A DNA stretch of 64,000 bases, from the NCBI GenBank assembly GCA_973895155.1, contig OZ316899.1:1511573-1575572 (forward strand), written 5' to 3'. The notes under the pieces are model-generated. The model was not told where the DNA came from, searched no databases, and was given only the letters and a program-made list of their open reading frames with translations. The position numbers and the translations under genes are program-made. Shown in pieces: positions 22,975 to 35,389 of this stretch. The stretch comes from Marsupella aquatica (taxonomy: Eukaryota > Plantae > Marchantiophyta). How positions within the stretch are numbered: position 1 is the first letter of the stretch; each line of letters starts with the position of its first letter.

Positions 22975-24169
22975 ACGAATTTAAGATTGAATTGACGTAC
23001 AGGCAGTGTATGCCAGAAGGAGCTAGACGGGAGAGGAATTCACGTTCTACTATAATTGTGAAGGTGCGTCATCACTGCAGTTAAAAAGATGAAGAGCTTC
23101 CATTTCGAGGTGATGCTGTACTCTATCCAAAGCGCCCCGGAAGCTCTCTTAAGAGTATTGGAAAAATTTGTGGTGCCAAACTTAAGAGAAGAAACCCCTC
23201 TCCCACCAGAAAAGGCCTCACAGAGAGGAGCTGTTGCTCGTCAAGTTGCTTTGGAGACAATCGAAGACACCAAAGACACTTTGAGTGACAAGTGAAGTTA
23301 TCATAACTTTGCTCGGGATGTATGATTTGTAAAATTGTCCAACCATCCTGGTTCGTGTGACCGATGCCACCTATCCAATCTTTGGGAACATTAAGAATTA
23401 GGAATTTGAGGAATCGTTATGTTAATTCTTGGGTTCTGAGCCTGAGAGGGAGGAATGGCATACATTGGTTAACTATCACCTGGTGGGAAGATGAAAGTTT
23501 GCATTTAGTAATATTAAGGCTGAATGGTAGGATCACATAGGAGAGATATTTAGTCATTTCCATTCGGGAGTTAGCGGAAGGAATCATGCACCAGGAATTG
23601 CGTAGAAGATTAGGAAGGAGATAGACGCCTGATTGGCCTAGTGTAGCGTACCATGTGGTAAAGAAATTTCAGGGTGTAGGAAGTCGGAGATTATGGGGAA
23701 CGCCCGGTTCCATTAATCGCCACCGTAAGGACGAGATAAGGAAGGACGCTGCGAAGAGCATCCAATGCGATTCGTCCCAGAAGACTCCACAAGTCAAGAC
23801 GCTTCCAGTAGCGTCCGATCCCAGTGGACGCTGTGAGCAGCGTCCGGCGGAATCTGTGATGAACCAACGTGCGCGACGCTTCTGGTGTGCCTTTCCGCGT
23901 CTCAACCCCGAGGGACGCACCAGGGAAAACGAGGTTTTAGAATCTCGACTGGTCACTGAAGGGAAGTATTAGCTATGGGAACGGGATAGCAAGGGGGAGG
24001 AATCATGCAAGGGATGTTGAACGACGCTACGGGAAGTCACTTTGAGGAAGCAGGTTCATATCTCCCGGAGTGGGGTGATAACGTCGCACCTAAATAATGA
24101 CTCCTTACATAAAGACTCCTGAGGAGCGGGTCGGGTGTCTCAAAATCACCCGTGCTTGGAGAATGAGGG

Positions 24170-27100
24170 ATGTCTGAGGGAGATCCACCAAATAAAAGAA
24201 AACCTACCAAGACCTCCAGTAATTCGGATGCCGAAAAATCAGTAGTGACCCCTCGAACATTATTACCCGAATTCCAGTCACCAGGAGCACCTGCACCGGG
24301 TAGTGTGTGGAAACAAGTGAGATCTATTCAAGAGGCAAGTGGCTCTGTGGAAAGGCCCACGTCGACCCGAACCCTATTTGTAAATCTTCGTTCAGGTCCA
24401 AAACTGATTGGTTCTCAAAAGATCAAGCTCCGCCACCAGACAGTACATTCGGTGAACCAAATTGACTCTGGTGTGGATAGTGCCACTGAGAGGGCCTTAT
24501 CTCATACTGAAGGAAGAAATTTGGGTTTGCCCGAGAACACAGTTGCAGAACCGCTGGCCCAAGATAATTCTGTCGATCTTTTACAATTGGATAATCCAGA
24601 ACCACTGAGCGAAGCCGGTGGTTCGTCCTCTAGTGAGACAAGCAGTAGTTCTGGTAGCAGCAGCCAATCCGGCAGTTCAGGCTTGGGCAGCCCAAACCCA
24701 TTTGCTACCCGATCAGCTCTTCCTTTTGTTACCCTCCTAGCTCCAACCACGATGGCTCGAAATAATGTGAGGTACGACCGGTTCTTTGGTACTTCCAAGG
24801 AGGATGCAGAGGTGTATTTGAAAGAATTTGAAGCTGCAGCTGCATCCAATGGACAGAGTCAAGACGCTGAAAAAGCCAATCTGTTTGGTGGTCTAATGAA
24901 AAAGGGTGCTCAGAAATGGTATGACCGTTTCCCGGACAAGCAGGATTGGGGGAAATTGAAGGCTGCTTTCTTGGCCAAATATAAAGAAGAAGGAGCAGCT
25001 GCGCGTGCCTTTGCCCGAATCTCACATCTGCACATGAAGAAACATGGGTCTGTAAGGAAATATGCCGACAAATTATTGGATTTGGTAGATCAATATAATC
25101 CAGCTACCTCGAAATCTACTATCAAGGACTGGTTTATTAACGGTTTACCCTCCAGGATTGCTCGTTACGTGAGACGAGAAGGTGGCACCACTTTGGAAGA
25201 AGTACAAGAGGCAGCCCAGAAGTACGTGGACTCGGAAATTTCAGAGAGAAAACGAGTTAAGAAAGACCTGAAGAAAGACAAAAGAAAGAAGAAGAAAATG
25301 TCCAGGTCTAAATCTGACTCGGAGGCGGAATCAAGTGAAAGTAGCACTAGTGAGGAGGACGAGAGTACAAATTCGAGCACTAGTGATAGTTCAAGCTCAA
25401 GTTCCGACTCAGAATCTGTTGCTCCTAAAAAGAAGAAATCCTCTGTAAAAGGGAATAATAAAGTTCCCAACCAGAAGAAGATGGATCGCATGATGGAAGA
25501 ACTCTCTGGTCAATTGTCCAAGTTGAATGTCAATATTACCGCGGTAAAACCAGTGCGAAGGTTGCCTGCTCCCATGAGAATGAACGTATGGTGCACCCGA
25601 TGCAGTCAGCAGGGCCATTACCCAAACGAGTGCCCCACATTACGAACTCCGGTGATTATGTAGATGGTCAAGAAGAGGCTAAGGAGTATGAGTACGACCT
25701 CGCGTATACCGTCCAAACAGCACCCCCTGGACAGTATTTCCCACCACCTCCTGCTTCCAGGCCGACTTGGGGACCACCTAAGCCCACTTTCAATAAACCA
25801 ACGTCAAGACCACCCATGGGACCCCCGGGAGGATATCCACCACGAGGAATACCACGTCAAAAAGGGGCTTGTTGGAATTGTGGCCAACCTGATCATTATT
25901 CACCCCAGTGCCCTTATCCCAAACAGGAGGTGGGGTATACACCTGTCTGTGGAAACTGTGGAAAAGAAGGACACTTACCGGTGGAATGCCCGAATCCGGC
26001 TAAGCCTAGGCTGATGGTTCGATTTGCTCAAGAACCAGTTAAAGAAGCCAGTCGACCTGAAGCCAAGATTCGGATGGTTTATTCTGAAGAGATGGAGCAA
26101 TGCAGCTTCATTCAACATATGGATGTAAATCGGGTGGAATTAAAGCCAGATTCACTTTTTCATCAACCAGTATTCGGGGTGGTGCCTGATGTCTTGGTAA
26201 GTCATTTAGTGAAACCGGAAGTAGTTGGTATGCCAAATGATCGAGTTCAGAATCGGGATAAAGTTCTGACTAATATTTACGCAACTACTCGTTCGAAGAA
26301 AAAGGAGACCAAGAAGCACGAGCATCAGAAGGTCGCGAAAGCTCCCAAGGATGAAGGGCGCAAGCCATGTGAGGAAGGCCTAGACAAAGAAGACGACCCT
26401 GCTTATGACCGATATGACCCAAAATACTTCTTGCCCGACATCTCTTTGGAAGTGAAAGACCATCTGGAAGAGCTAGTTAAGGAGCAAGTGCAATCTCCTA
26501 ACCCACCAGTAGTAGTCAAAGCTAAAGAACCACTGAAAAATCCAGGTTATGATATTGTTGAAGATGTCAAGAATCATCCTGCACATATCACCATTGGGGA
26601 ATTATTACAGGACAATCCCGTTTATAGGCGACAGCTGAGGAGCCTCCTTGCAGGAAAACGGAGGAAGAAGAAGTTACCTTCTGTGGATGTGCTACGAACA
26701 GAGTGGGAGGACAAAGGACCAATGGAAATTGAGGTTCAAATCCAGGGGTGTGTCATTCGGAGAGTTCCTGTGGATGGAGGAGCCAGCGTTAATCTGATTA
26801 CACAGTCAACAGCATTTAATTTGGGTTTCACTAAGTTTGAGCCCACTCCCAAGATTTTGTGCATGGCGGATCAGTCTCGTGTGGTACCCATAGGAAAGTT
26901 GACCAAAGTAGAAACTTTGATTGCTGGTGTCCCTTTTCTGTTGGATTATGTGGTTATTAATCCGGAAATACCATCCAACTTTCCTGTTTTGTTAGGCCGA
27001 CCATGGTTGTATAAGGCTCAAGTTCAGGTTAATTGGCAATCTCAAGAGCTTTCATTTGGGAAACCTAAGGTGACTGTTAGTTGGGTTCCGGAACCACATT

Positions 27101-27249
27101 TTGGAGAAACACAAACAGATGATGGGTACACCTCGGATTTTTTGACCTCTTCGCTAGTCCTGTAGCCATTGGAATTTGAACTGGAGGAAGTTTGTTACTT
27201 GGAAGTTTATTTGTCTGATGCTCCCATAAAACCAACTAGGCCCTCCTGA
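24170..27249 (+). pseudogene. gag: A2 gag-protease (1 bp deletion near 25654, premature TAG at 27163-27165)
   Basis: ORFs 24170-25663 and 25588-27165, colinear with A1. Confidence 0.9.
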
Positions 27250-30221
27250 CAATTAATTTCATCATCGGAAGTGGGCCCAGCAGCAGACAAACCTCCTAAT
27301 ACTGAGTCTACTGGGGATTTACACCATGATATGGGAGTGTCAGCTACCCTTGAGCCAGTTACACCAGAAGTATCCGAACTTGGACTTCAGCCGGCAAACC
27401 TCACGGATGGAATTGTGGATCCAAAAGCTTGCCAAAAAATCGAAATTGAGCCAAGCAAGTTTTTGAATATTGGTAAGCATATCGAAGGGGAGCTACGGGA
27501 ACAGTATATCAGTTTATTAACCCAATATAAAGATGTTTTTGCCAGGAGTCATTCTGATTTAAAAGGTATCCATCCACATTTGGGCGAACATCGTATTGAC
27601 CTTATGGAAGGAGCAGTACCTGTCCGACAGAGACAGTACCGTTTGAACCCCAAATATTCCATCCTGGTTAAAGACGAGTTCGACAAGCTCACGGCTGCTG
27701 GATTTATCTACCCGGTCTTGAGTAGTGAATGGGTCTCACCAATTGTCATTGTCCCCAAAAAGCCGGGACCCGATGGTAAAACAAAAATTCGCGTTTGTCA
27801 AGACTTCCGGAAGTTGAATGCTGCCACTCGGAAAGATCATTATCCTTTGCCATTTATTGATCTGGTACTTGATTCAGTGGCCTTGCATGAGTTATACAGT
27901 TTTTTAGATGGGTACTCTGGTTATAACCAGGTGTCCATTCAGAAGGAGGATCGCGACAAGACTACGTTCACCACCGACTGGGGTACGTATGCATTTACCA
28001 TGATGCCTTTTGGGCTGTGTAATGCCCCAGGTACTTTTCAGCGCATTATGATGATCATCTTTCAAGAATATTTGCGGCATTTCATGGAGATTTTTATTGA
28101 CGACTTTTGTGTTTACGGGTCAGCGGCTGAACACCTCGTCCATTTGGAGAAGACATTTCAGAAGTGTAGAGAGGCTCAATTGTGTCTTCATCCAAAAAAG
28201 TGCTTTATTGGTATGAAGGAGGGAATTTTGTTAGGCCATGTTATTTCACAACGCGGCATTGAGGTTGATACGGAGAAGGTTAGAGTAATTGTGGAGTTGC
28301 AACCACCGACCGATTTAAAGCAGCTTCGTGCTTTTCTGGGACATGTGGGGTATTATCGTCGGTTCATTTATAAACATGCTAATATTGCCTTACCCTTAAC
28401 CCAACTGTTAAAAAGTGATGTGGAAGATACATGGAATGAGGAGCGGCAGCAAGCATTCCAGTTGCTCAAGGATCGGTTAATCTCTGCACCTATTTTGTCA
28501 CCCCCAGATTGGACTAAGAAGTTTCATGTCTTCATTGACTCTTCTGCGTTCTGCATTGGAGCTAATCTTAGTCAGAAGGATGTGGAAAACCGTGACCATC
28601 CAATTTACTATGCCAGCCGCCAAATGAGTGCAGCCGAGAAAAACTACTCTATCACTGAACGGGAAGCTTTGGCCATCGTCTTTGCGTGTAAGAAATTTTG
28701 TCACTATTTGTTGGGGTATCAGGTTATTTTTCACACTGATCATAATTCCTTAAAATATTTGGTTAACCAAGGGGATCTCTCAGGACGAGTAGCCCGGTGG
28801 GTTTTACTACTCCAAGAATTTGATTATGAAGTTCATGTCCGACCTGGCAAACATCATGAGAATGCAGACTTCCTATCTCGGTTACCTGGTCCAGAGAATC
28901 AGCATAATCTCTCCGATGAATTTCTTGACGAGCATTTGTGGCATATTGAAGGGGAGTCTTCTCGATATTTTAATATTGTGCACATGCTGCTTCATGGAAC
29001 ATTTCCTGGAGGCTTTAATTCGGAAGAACGAGCTGTCTTTGCTCATAAGGTGGGTCCCTATACCATTATTCGGGGCACTTTGTTTAAACAAGGTCCTGAT
29101 CAACAATTGCGACGTTGTCTAGAGGATAGGGAACTTCCCCAAGTAATTGAAGCTTTACATTCAGGAGAGACCGGTGGGCATTATGCTGTGAATACCACAG
29201 TTAAGAAAATTTTGGATGCTGGATACTGGTGGCCTACTATGCATCGGGATACTTACAATTTTATTAAGACCTGTGATCCCTGTCAAAGGATCGGGAAACC
29301 CACTGCTAGTTCCAAATGGCCTCTTACGCCTATCCTTCCGTTGGCACCATTTGAGAAATGGGGGATTGATTTTATTGGCCCAATTTCTCCAGCAGCTCGG
29401 AAAAGCCGAAGCAAATATATTATTCTGGCCATTGATTATGCCACCAAATGGGTAGAGGCGAAAGCTACTCGCAAGAATGATGCTATAACCGCAGCTGCAT
29501 TTCTCTTTGAGCACATTATCACCCGGTTTGGTTGTCCTTTGGAGTTGGTAAGCGATAGGGGTTTGCATTTTCTTAACTCAACTATTGAATTAATCACTGA
29601 CCTTTATCTTATCAAGCATCGCAAAACTACTCCTTACAACCCCCGAGCTAATGGCTTAACCGAGAGAGCTAATGGCATTATGGGCAAGATTCTGAATAAA
29701 ATGGTAGAATCTCACAAGGAAGATTGGGATGTGAAGCTCCATTCTGCATTATGGGCTTACCGCACCGCTGAGAAGATTACAACTCTTCACACCCCCTTCT
29801 ATCTGACCTATGGCCTGAATAGTATTATTCCTATAGAATTTTTGTTACCAACGGAACGTATCTTGGTACCAACCGACTCTCCCCTTCAGATAGTCTCTCA
29901 CATCGGTTTTCCAATATTGTTAAATTAGAAGAAGTTAGACTTTTAGCATTAGACCATACAGTCACCATTCAGAACCAGCGTAAACTTGCTTATGATAAGA
30001 AGCTACGCGTAGTGCAGTTAGATGTTGGTGATTTAGCATTAGTCTTTGATTCTCGTTCTATGCTATTTCCTGGGAAACTTCATACTCATTGGATTGGTCC
30101 TTACCAAGTGTCACACATCTGGGATAATGGTTCAGTTTCATTGACTACCTTAGATGGTCACCCACTTAACACTAGAATCAATGGGTTTAGGATTAAACGG
30201 TACTATGAGTCTTCCATTTAG
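27250..30221 (+). pseudogene. pol: A2 RT-RNase H-integrase (frameshift near 29869)
   Basis: 885 aa ORF 27271-29928 plus the GPY/F tail at 30012-30221, colinear with A1. Confidence 0.93.
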
Positions 30222-30602
30222 AATTCCACCTGGGACAGGTTGCAGTTTAAGTGGAGGGCGGTAGTTGTACTTAGTTAGAATTAGTGACCCTCCCTAGTAA
30301 GTATTCGGAATTTTTTAATTTTTTTTAGTTACTTTCAGTTTTTACATTGGACGCTGTGAGCAGCGTCCATTGTAACTCGACGCTGGGGAAGCGTCCACTT
30401 AGTTTACAAAGGACGCCGTGCGCAGCGTCCGCTTTTGTATTAGTTCAGTTGCATGAGATGCTGTGAGCCGATGACTAGGCGTCTTGTACGACGGCGGATT
30501 GCGATAGCTCAACGGGACGCTAAGGAGTAAGCAGTCACGCTTCGATCTAGTTCACTATGGAACACGATTCTCATTGAGCTTACGGAGCTAACGAGTCACG
30601 CG

Positions 30603-33188
30603 ATGGCGGAGACTGAGCTGACGACGCGACCAATACCCGCAGACATTCCATCGAATGCAGTGCATAGGCGGCAGTTGAAGATGGCTCTGGCAAAAATGGG
30701 CTTGAAGAAGCTGCTTCAACTTCCTTGGAAGATTTGCGAATTCAGCCTTATCGATCAAGGTGTCTGGGATGCTGAAGAAAGGATTGGTGTGCGCTTGCGT
30801 CCCAGTGTTTGGACTGAAGCGCTCATAGCGGAGGTCTATTCGACGCCGATGGAGGGCAAGGATTTACAGAAGGTTGACTGTGAGCCTCGGGTTTATGTAG
30901 AATCCTTCTTCGCTCCAGGATCTTTCAAGAGGCAGAATGGATGGCTAGCGGCGGACTGCTTAGATAATTCTCTGCAGCGTCTATTTCAATTTCTGGCACC
31001 AATTTTCTACCCAGAAAGCCAGACGCGCATTACTCTTTCGTTCGCTGCAACGGTGATTTGTTCATTAGAACAGACGCAATCTATCAATTGGACGAAGGTT
31101 TTGCACCGAGTAAGTCATACTCAGGTCAAATTTTTTTGTAGCAGGCTGAAAACGGGGAAAATAAGGTGTACCTACTTGGCCCCTTATTTAGCTCACATTT
31201 ACCATAAGTATGACTGTCTGCTTGCCTTGGAAAAAGATTTTTATCGCAACAATCAGAGAGCATCTACCGGTGAAGCAAATGATATGCCTGAAGTACGAGA
31301 AGTCCAAGCCAATTCCACAGTGGTAGAGCTATATGCAATACTCGACTGTGAGGAACCTGAACTGGTGGGTGAAGTTCGGAAATTGAAAGAGACAAGAGCA
31401 TCAGCTGAAGGGAGTGACGATCCGATTCTTCACCAACCAAGAGAGGCTCAAGTTGCCGAAGATGTTCCTTCAGCAATACCAACAGGGTTGGAGAATTCTA
31501 TGTCACCTCGACTCTCGCCTTCACCTTGTGCTGCCAAGCCTATTTATGATTTTGATCAGGATAATTCTGCTTCTCGGAAGAATGTTGAAGATGAGGTGAG
31601 GGTGGATGAAGAAGGGTTTTCAGGGGAACCTCTTCAACATTCTACTGCTGAGGACGAGTATGATGGATTTACTTCTACCCCTGTTTTGGTTCCCATAGAG
31701 GCAAATAGTGATGCTTTGTAGGCTTTACAGGAGTATGATTCGTCCGACTCTCTTAGTTCTAGCCCAAGTATAGGTGAAATCCCTTTGGTCCGGGAGTCAG
31801 TAGAACCTTTGGCAATATTAAGCTCAGAGATTGTGAAGCTGGTTAAAGTTGATTCGGAGGATGCAATTGTAGATATAGACGAAGTAGGTGATCCAGTGAC
31901 TTCTCCCCAATCTGTCGCAAGATCCCCTGCCTGGCCTACACCTGGTTCACTCATATCGATTCCTTTGGATATAACTAAAGAATTAGATGAGGCAATAGCC
32001 GAGATAGGAGCTCCTTCATTTCCACCTGTAAAATGGGTTTCTCCTGAAGATGAGTTGATTGAAGGAGGCTCTGCTGGTTTTCCGAGTCGCAATCAGGTAT
32101 CTGGGAATATGGGTATATCTGTACCCATATTGGTACCCGAGACACCCGTTTCGACAACCAGCTCAGCACCAGTTTCGTTGGCTACAAACGAGGGTAAACA
32201 CATTCGGGAGGAGTTTTCAGTGACGTATACTCGAAAACTTTGGAAACGGTTGCGCCATGCTATCAGTCGACAGATCTTTCCTGAAGCATCTTCCCAGGAT
32301 TTTGAACAGGGAGAGACACCTATCGGGACAGACGAGCTACCCCTTCCTGTACTTTTGGCAGATCGAACTAACCAGGAAGTCTCTTTACCTAGTGATAATT
32401 TTGAAGAAGAACTTCCTGTTTTAGTACCAATGCATCCCACTGCAGATCAACCAGCTGCTGTTGCAAGAGAAGATTTTGAACCACTGGAGCCAGAACCTTC
32501 TGCTCCTTCGTCTCCTGTTACATTGCCAATTCGGCCAGTTAAGGAGTCAGTGATCCCTTCCGCTATGCCAGATGTAATTTTCCGTTGGATAGGAGCACCA
32601 AGTGATGGGGAAGAAGACGAAGACCCTCGCATTATCAGAGTACCTCCTCGACTTCGGCATACAGTGGATTTATCACCTCGAAATCCTATCCCTAACTTGG
32701 CTTCAATTCACAGGTGGGAGAAGAAACATTTTCGGGTAGCTTTTCGACATCTGGAGATGGAGAGCATTTTGCAGCAGCAGCAGATTTTGCCAATAACAGC
32801 CCATCCGAGGATTCGTAGTTTGATTCGCACATATAAACCTGGAAAGGCGGTTCCTCCCATTGATAAGGACAGACGACATAAATTTTCGGAGTTCAAAATT
32901 TGGTGCTGGGTGTATATGCTTCGACGAGCTCAAGCTCCATTTCCGCCCATTGTGCCGGAAATTCCATGGCCCTATCCATACTATGTTTGGGTTTGTCCTG
33001 ATGGGTTTGCTATTCCAATTAAATATGAGAAGGAGCTTGTTAAGCTAAGGGAACAGTTGATTACAAAACAATGTATGCTACCGACTTCCCAAGGGTTCAA
33101 GTCGCTTAGGTGTTTAGCGTTCCTACCTATTATTCCTTCTTATCCGGATGTGATTATTCAAGGTATTTTGTCTAGGACACATATTTGA
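30603..33188 (+). pseudogene. A2 ORF3 (premature TAG at 31719-31721)
   Basis: Colinear with A1 6053-8626. Confidence 0.85.
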
Positions 33189-33200
33189 AGGACACCATTT

Positions 33201-33677
33201 ATGAGAGATATCAAACGGTGTTGTCATTTATATGTATATAAGCCGTTACTTTTGCAGCATCCTGCATTTGTTTCCTTCTTTCTCCTTCGAATTGATATTT
33301 ATCTGCTCATGTGGAACATCAAAGCTACTATGGATTGTTGGAGTTCTTTACCCCGTGCTTTCCAACATTCCTTTGAAGGCAAGATCAAGCTGGGAGGACA
33401 TGCTATTCAACACTTTGTTATTGATCCAGGCTCTTGAATTAATTTCCTCTCCCATAGACTGTGCCAGCAATTTGTTCATCAAGAAGTACAGCCCATATCT
33501 GCTCAGATATCAATCGATGGACGAATCATTAATCTTTGGGGGAGAGTTAAAGGAATCCCAATACAGATCGGAGAAGAATTCCATGACCTCGATTTTTATA
33601 TTCTGGATCCGGATATCCCCCAACTCCCGTCAATGATTTTGAACACTACTTGGATTATTAAGCCAGAAGATTATTAA
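33201..33677 (+). pseudogene. A2 ORF4, retropepsin-like (CGA to TGA at 33435-33437)
   Basis: Colinear with A1 8639-9115. Confidence 0.65.
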
Positions 33678-33754
33678 TGAAGAACATGTCACTCGCTTCT
33701 GATTCAATTCGGTCATGTCTTGTGGGGACACGGCAAAATTTAAGTGGAGGGCTA

Positions 33755-35049
33755 TGTGGTATGGGTGTCCCTGCAATTTTTTCTGGAAACTTGTTTATTT
33801 TTAGCATATCTCAAGATTTACTTACACTTTAGACGCCTCCGGCCAACATTTACTTGTTCTGGACACTTATAGAAATATTTGACATCTCCGGCTTTCCTGA
33901 TGATTCCTAGTGTACTTTGCCCGACGTTGTGACCAGCGTCCGTTTCTTTTACTCATGACGCTTTTGGCAGCGCCCGACCGCCACCAAGACTCTATGAGGA
34001 TTTCACACGACGCTGTGAGCAGCGTCCACCCTAGTATTGACGTTGTGAGCAGCGTCCGTTGGTTTTACTTCAGACGTTTTCTAGCAGCGTCCGCTCGTCA
34101 CTTAGACTTAGTTTTTGAAGTAGATTACTAGTAGAGTAGTATTTTGCCACCCTGGAAGTACTTATGTTGTACTTCTCCCTTGTTTAGTTTTAAGCTTGGA
34201 AAGGCACGACTGTTCTTGCCTCCTCCATTTTTGGATTCCAGCACTTATAAGACAGAGTAGAGTGATCATTTGAAGTAGAGAGAAATAGACTTAATACTGT
34301 ATTCAGAATTGAGTCTTCTGAATAGTTTCCTCCTCCTTCCATTGTAACAAGGCATGTTGTGAGTGTTTTGTATGGAAGTAAAGCTGTATTGATTGAAGTT
34401 GAGATTGAATTCAAGAGATTCCTGTGGTGATTGAATTTAGTTACAGATTTTTGAAAGTCGTATTGAATTCACTGCTAGGCTTGCTTGCAGAGTCGGGATT
34501 CGCTAGCCAATTCAAGAATAGTTAATGATAAATGAGAAGTAAATTCTGATTCTCAGAGTAGTCAGTACCGTTGCTTTGATTCTGGAATATGGTTTAGAGT
34601 TTGACTGAATTGCGCATCGCTGATGTCAAACCATGTTGACGGCATTTTAAATCATATCATTCATTTGCAACCAGAAAGCTTCTAGTTCATCAGATTGAGA
34701 ATTCCATTATCATTAACCTTTGTGTTTTGAAGCGTGAGATTGATGAATTATGAGGCAGATTTCATGTCTATACTGAGCCCAAATCCTTTTTGAAGGAGTG
34801 GCAGTAGCAGCTTGTAGTCTCTAAATCCTTACTCATTTCTTCTTTGATTCATAAATCAGAAGTTCAGTTACTTGGTTGTTTGTTTATTTGATTTTTTCGT
34901 TGAAAAGTGAAGTCAGCATAGAGCTCAGGGCTCTAAATCACTCAGAGTGATAAAAGTTATACAATTCATTCTGAAATCTGTTCTTAAAGGGATCGAAACC
35001 CTGGTTTTAGGTGAGAAGAGTCACTTTTGATACTTAGCACTATACGACA
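33755..35049 (+). repeat. 3' LTR of A2 (1295 bp)
   Basis: Preceded by PPT AATTTAAGTGGAGGGC; TG...CA ends. Confidence 0.95.
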
Positions 35050-35389
35050 AAGAACGCCAGGGGAGAGAACACGATTAGGGTTAGGGCGCGCTAAGCATCG
35101 GCAGCTAGGGGTAACCAACGGGAGGAAAGACCAAAGGAGGAGAGGGGTAAGGACCGCTCGCAAGGAATGGTGGCTCAATTGCAAGCACAAATTGGGCAGA
35201 CGACTACGGAAGGCCAACTACTGTCAGCTGCTTAGGCAAGCACTCTGGGCGGGAGCAGATACCAACGATCGAGTCAAGGAGGGTATGAGCAACGTCAATC
35301 AAGCGGCACATTTTTGGGGATGCCTGTTCGAACGGGCAACTGAGTACATTAGGACTTACAAGAACAAAGAATCGGAGAGAGCAGCTTGA

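Larger units (their letters stand above)
21655..35049 (+). mobile_element. Ty3/gypsy family A, complete copy A2 (13.4 kb)
   Basis: Two near-identical LTRs, PBS, gag-pol, ORF3/ORF4 and PPT. Flanks AAGGA and AAGAA match a 5 bp TSD at 4/5. Confidence 0.96.

Noticed and set aside
21650-35054. TSD mismatch AAGGA/AAGAA as evidence that A2 is a recombinant of two insertions
   Set aside because: A single G>A change explains it, the LTRs are about 99% identical, and family B sequence is on both flanks.
35075-35086. TTAGGGTTAGGG telomere-like dimer
   Set aside because: Only two units; expected by chance.
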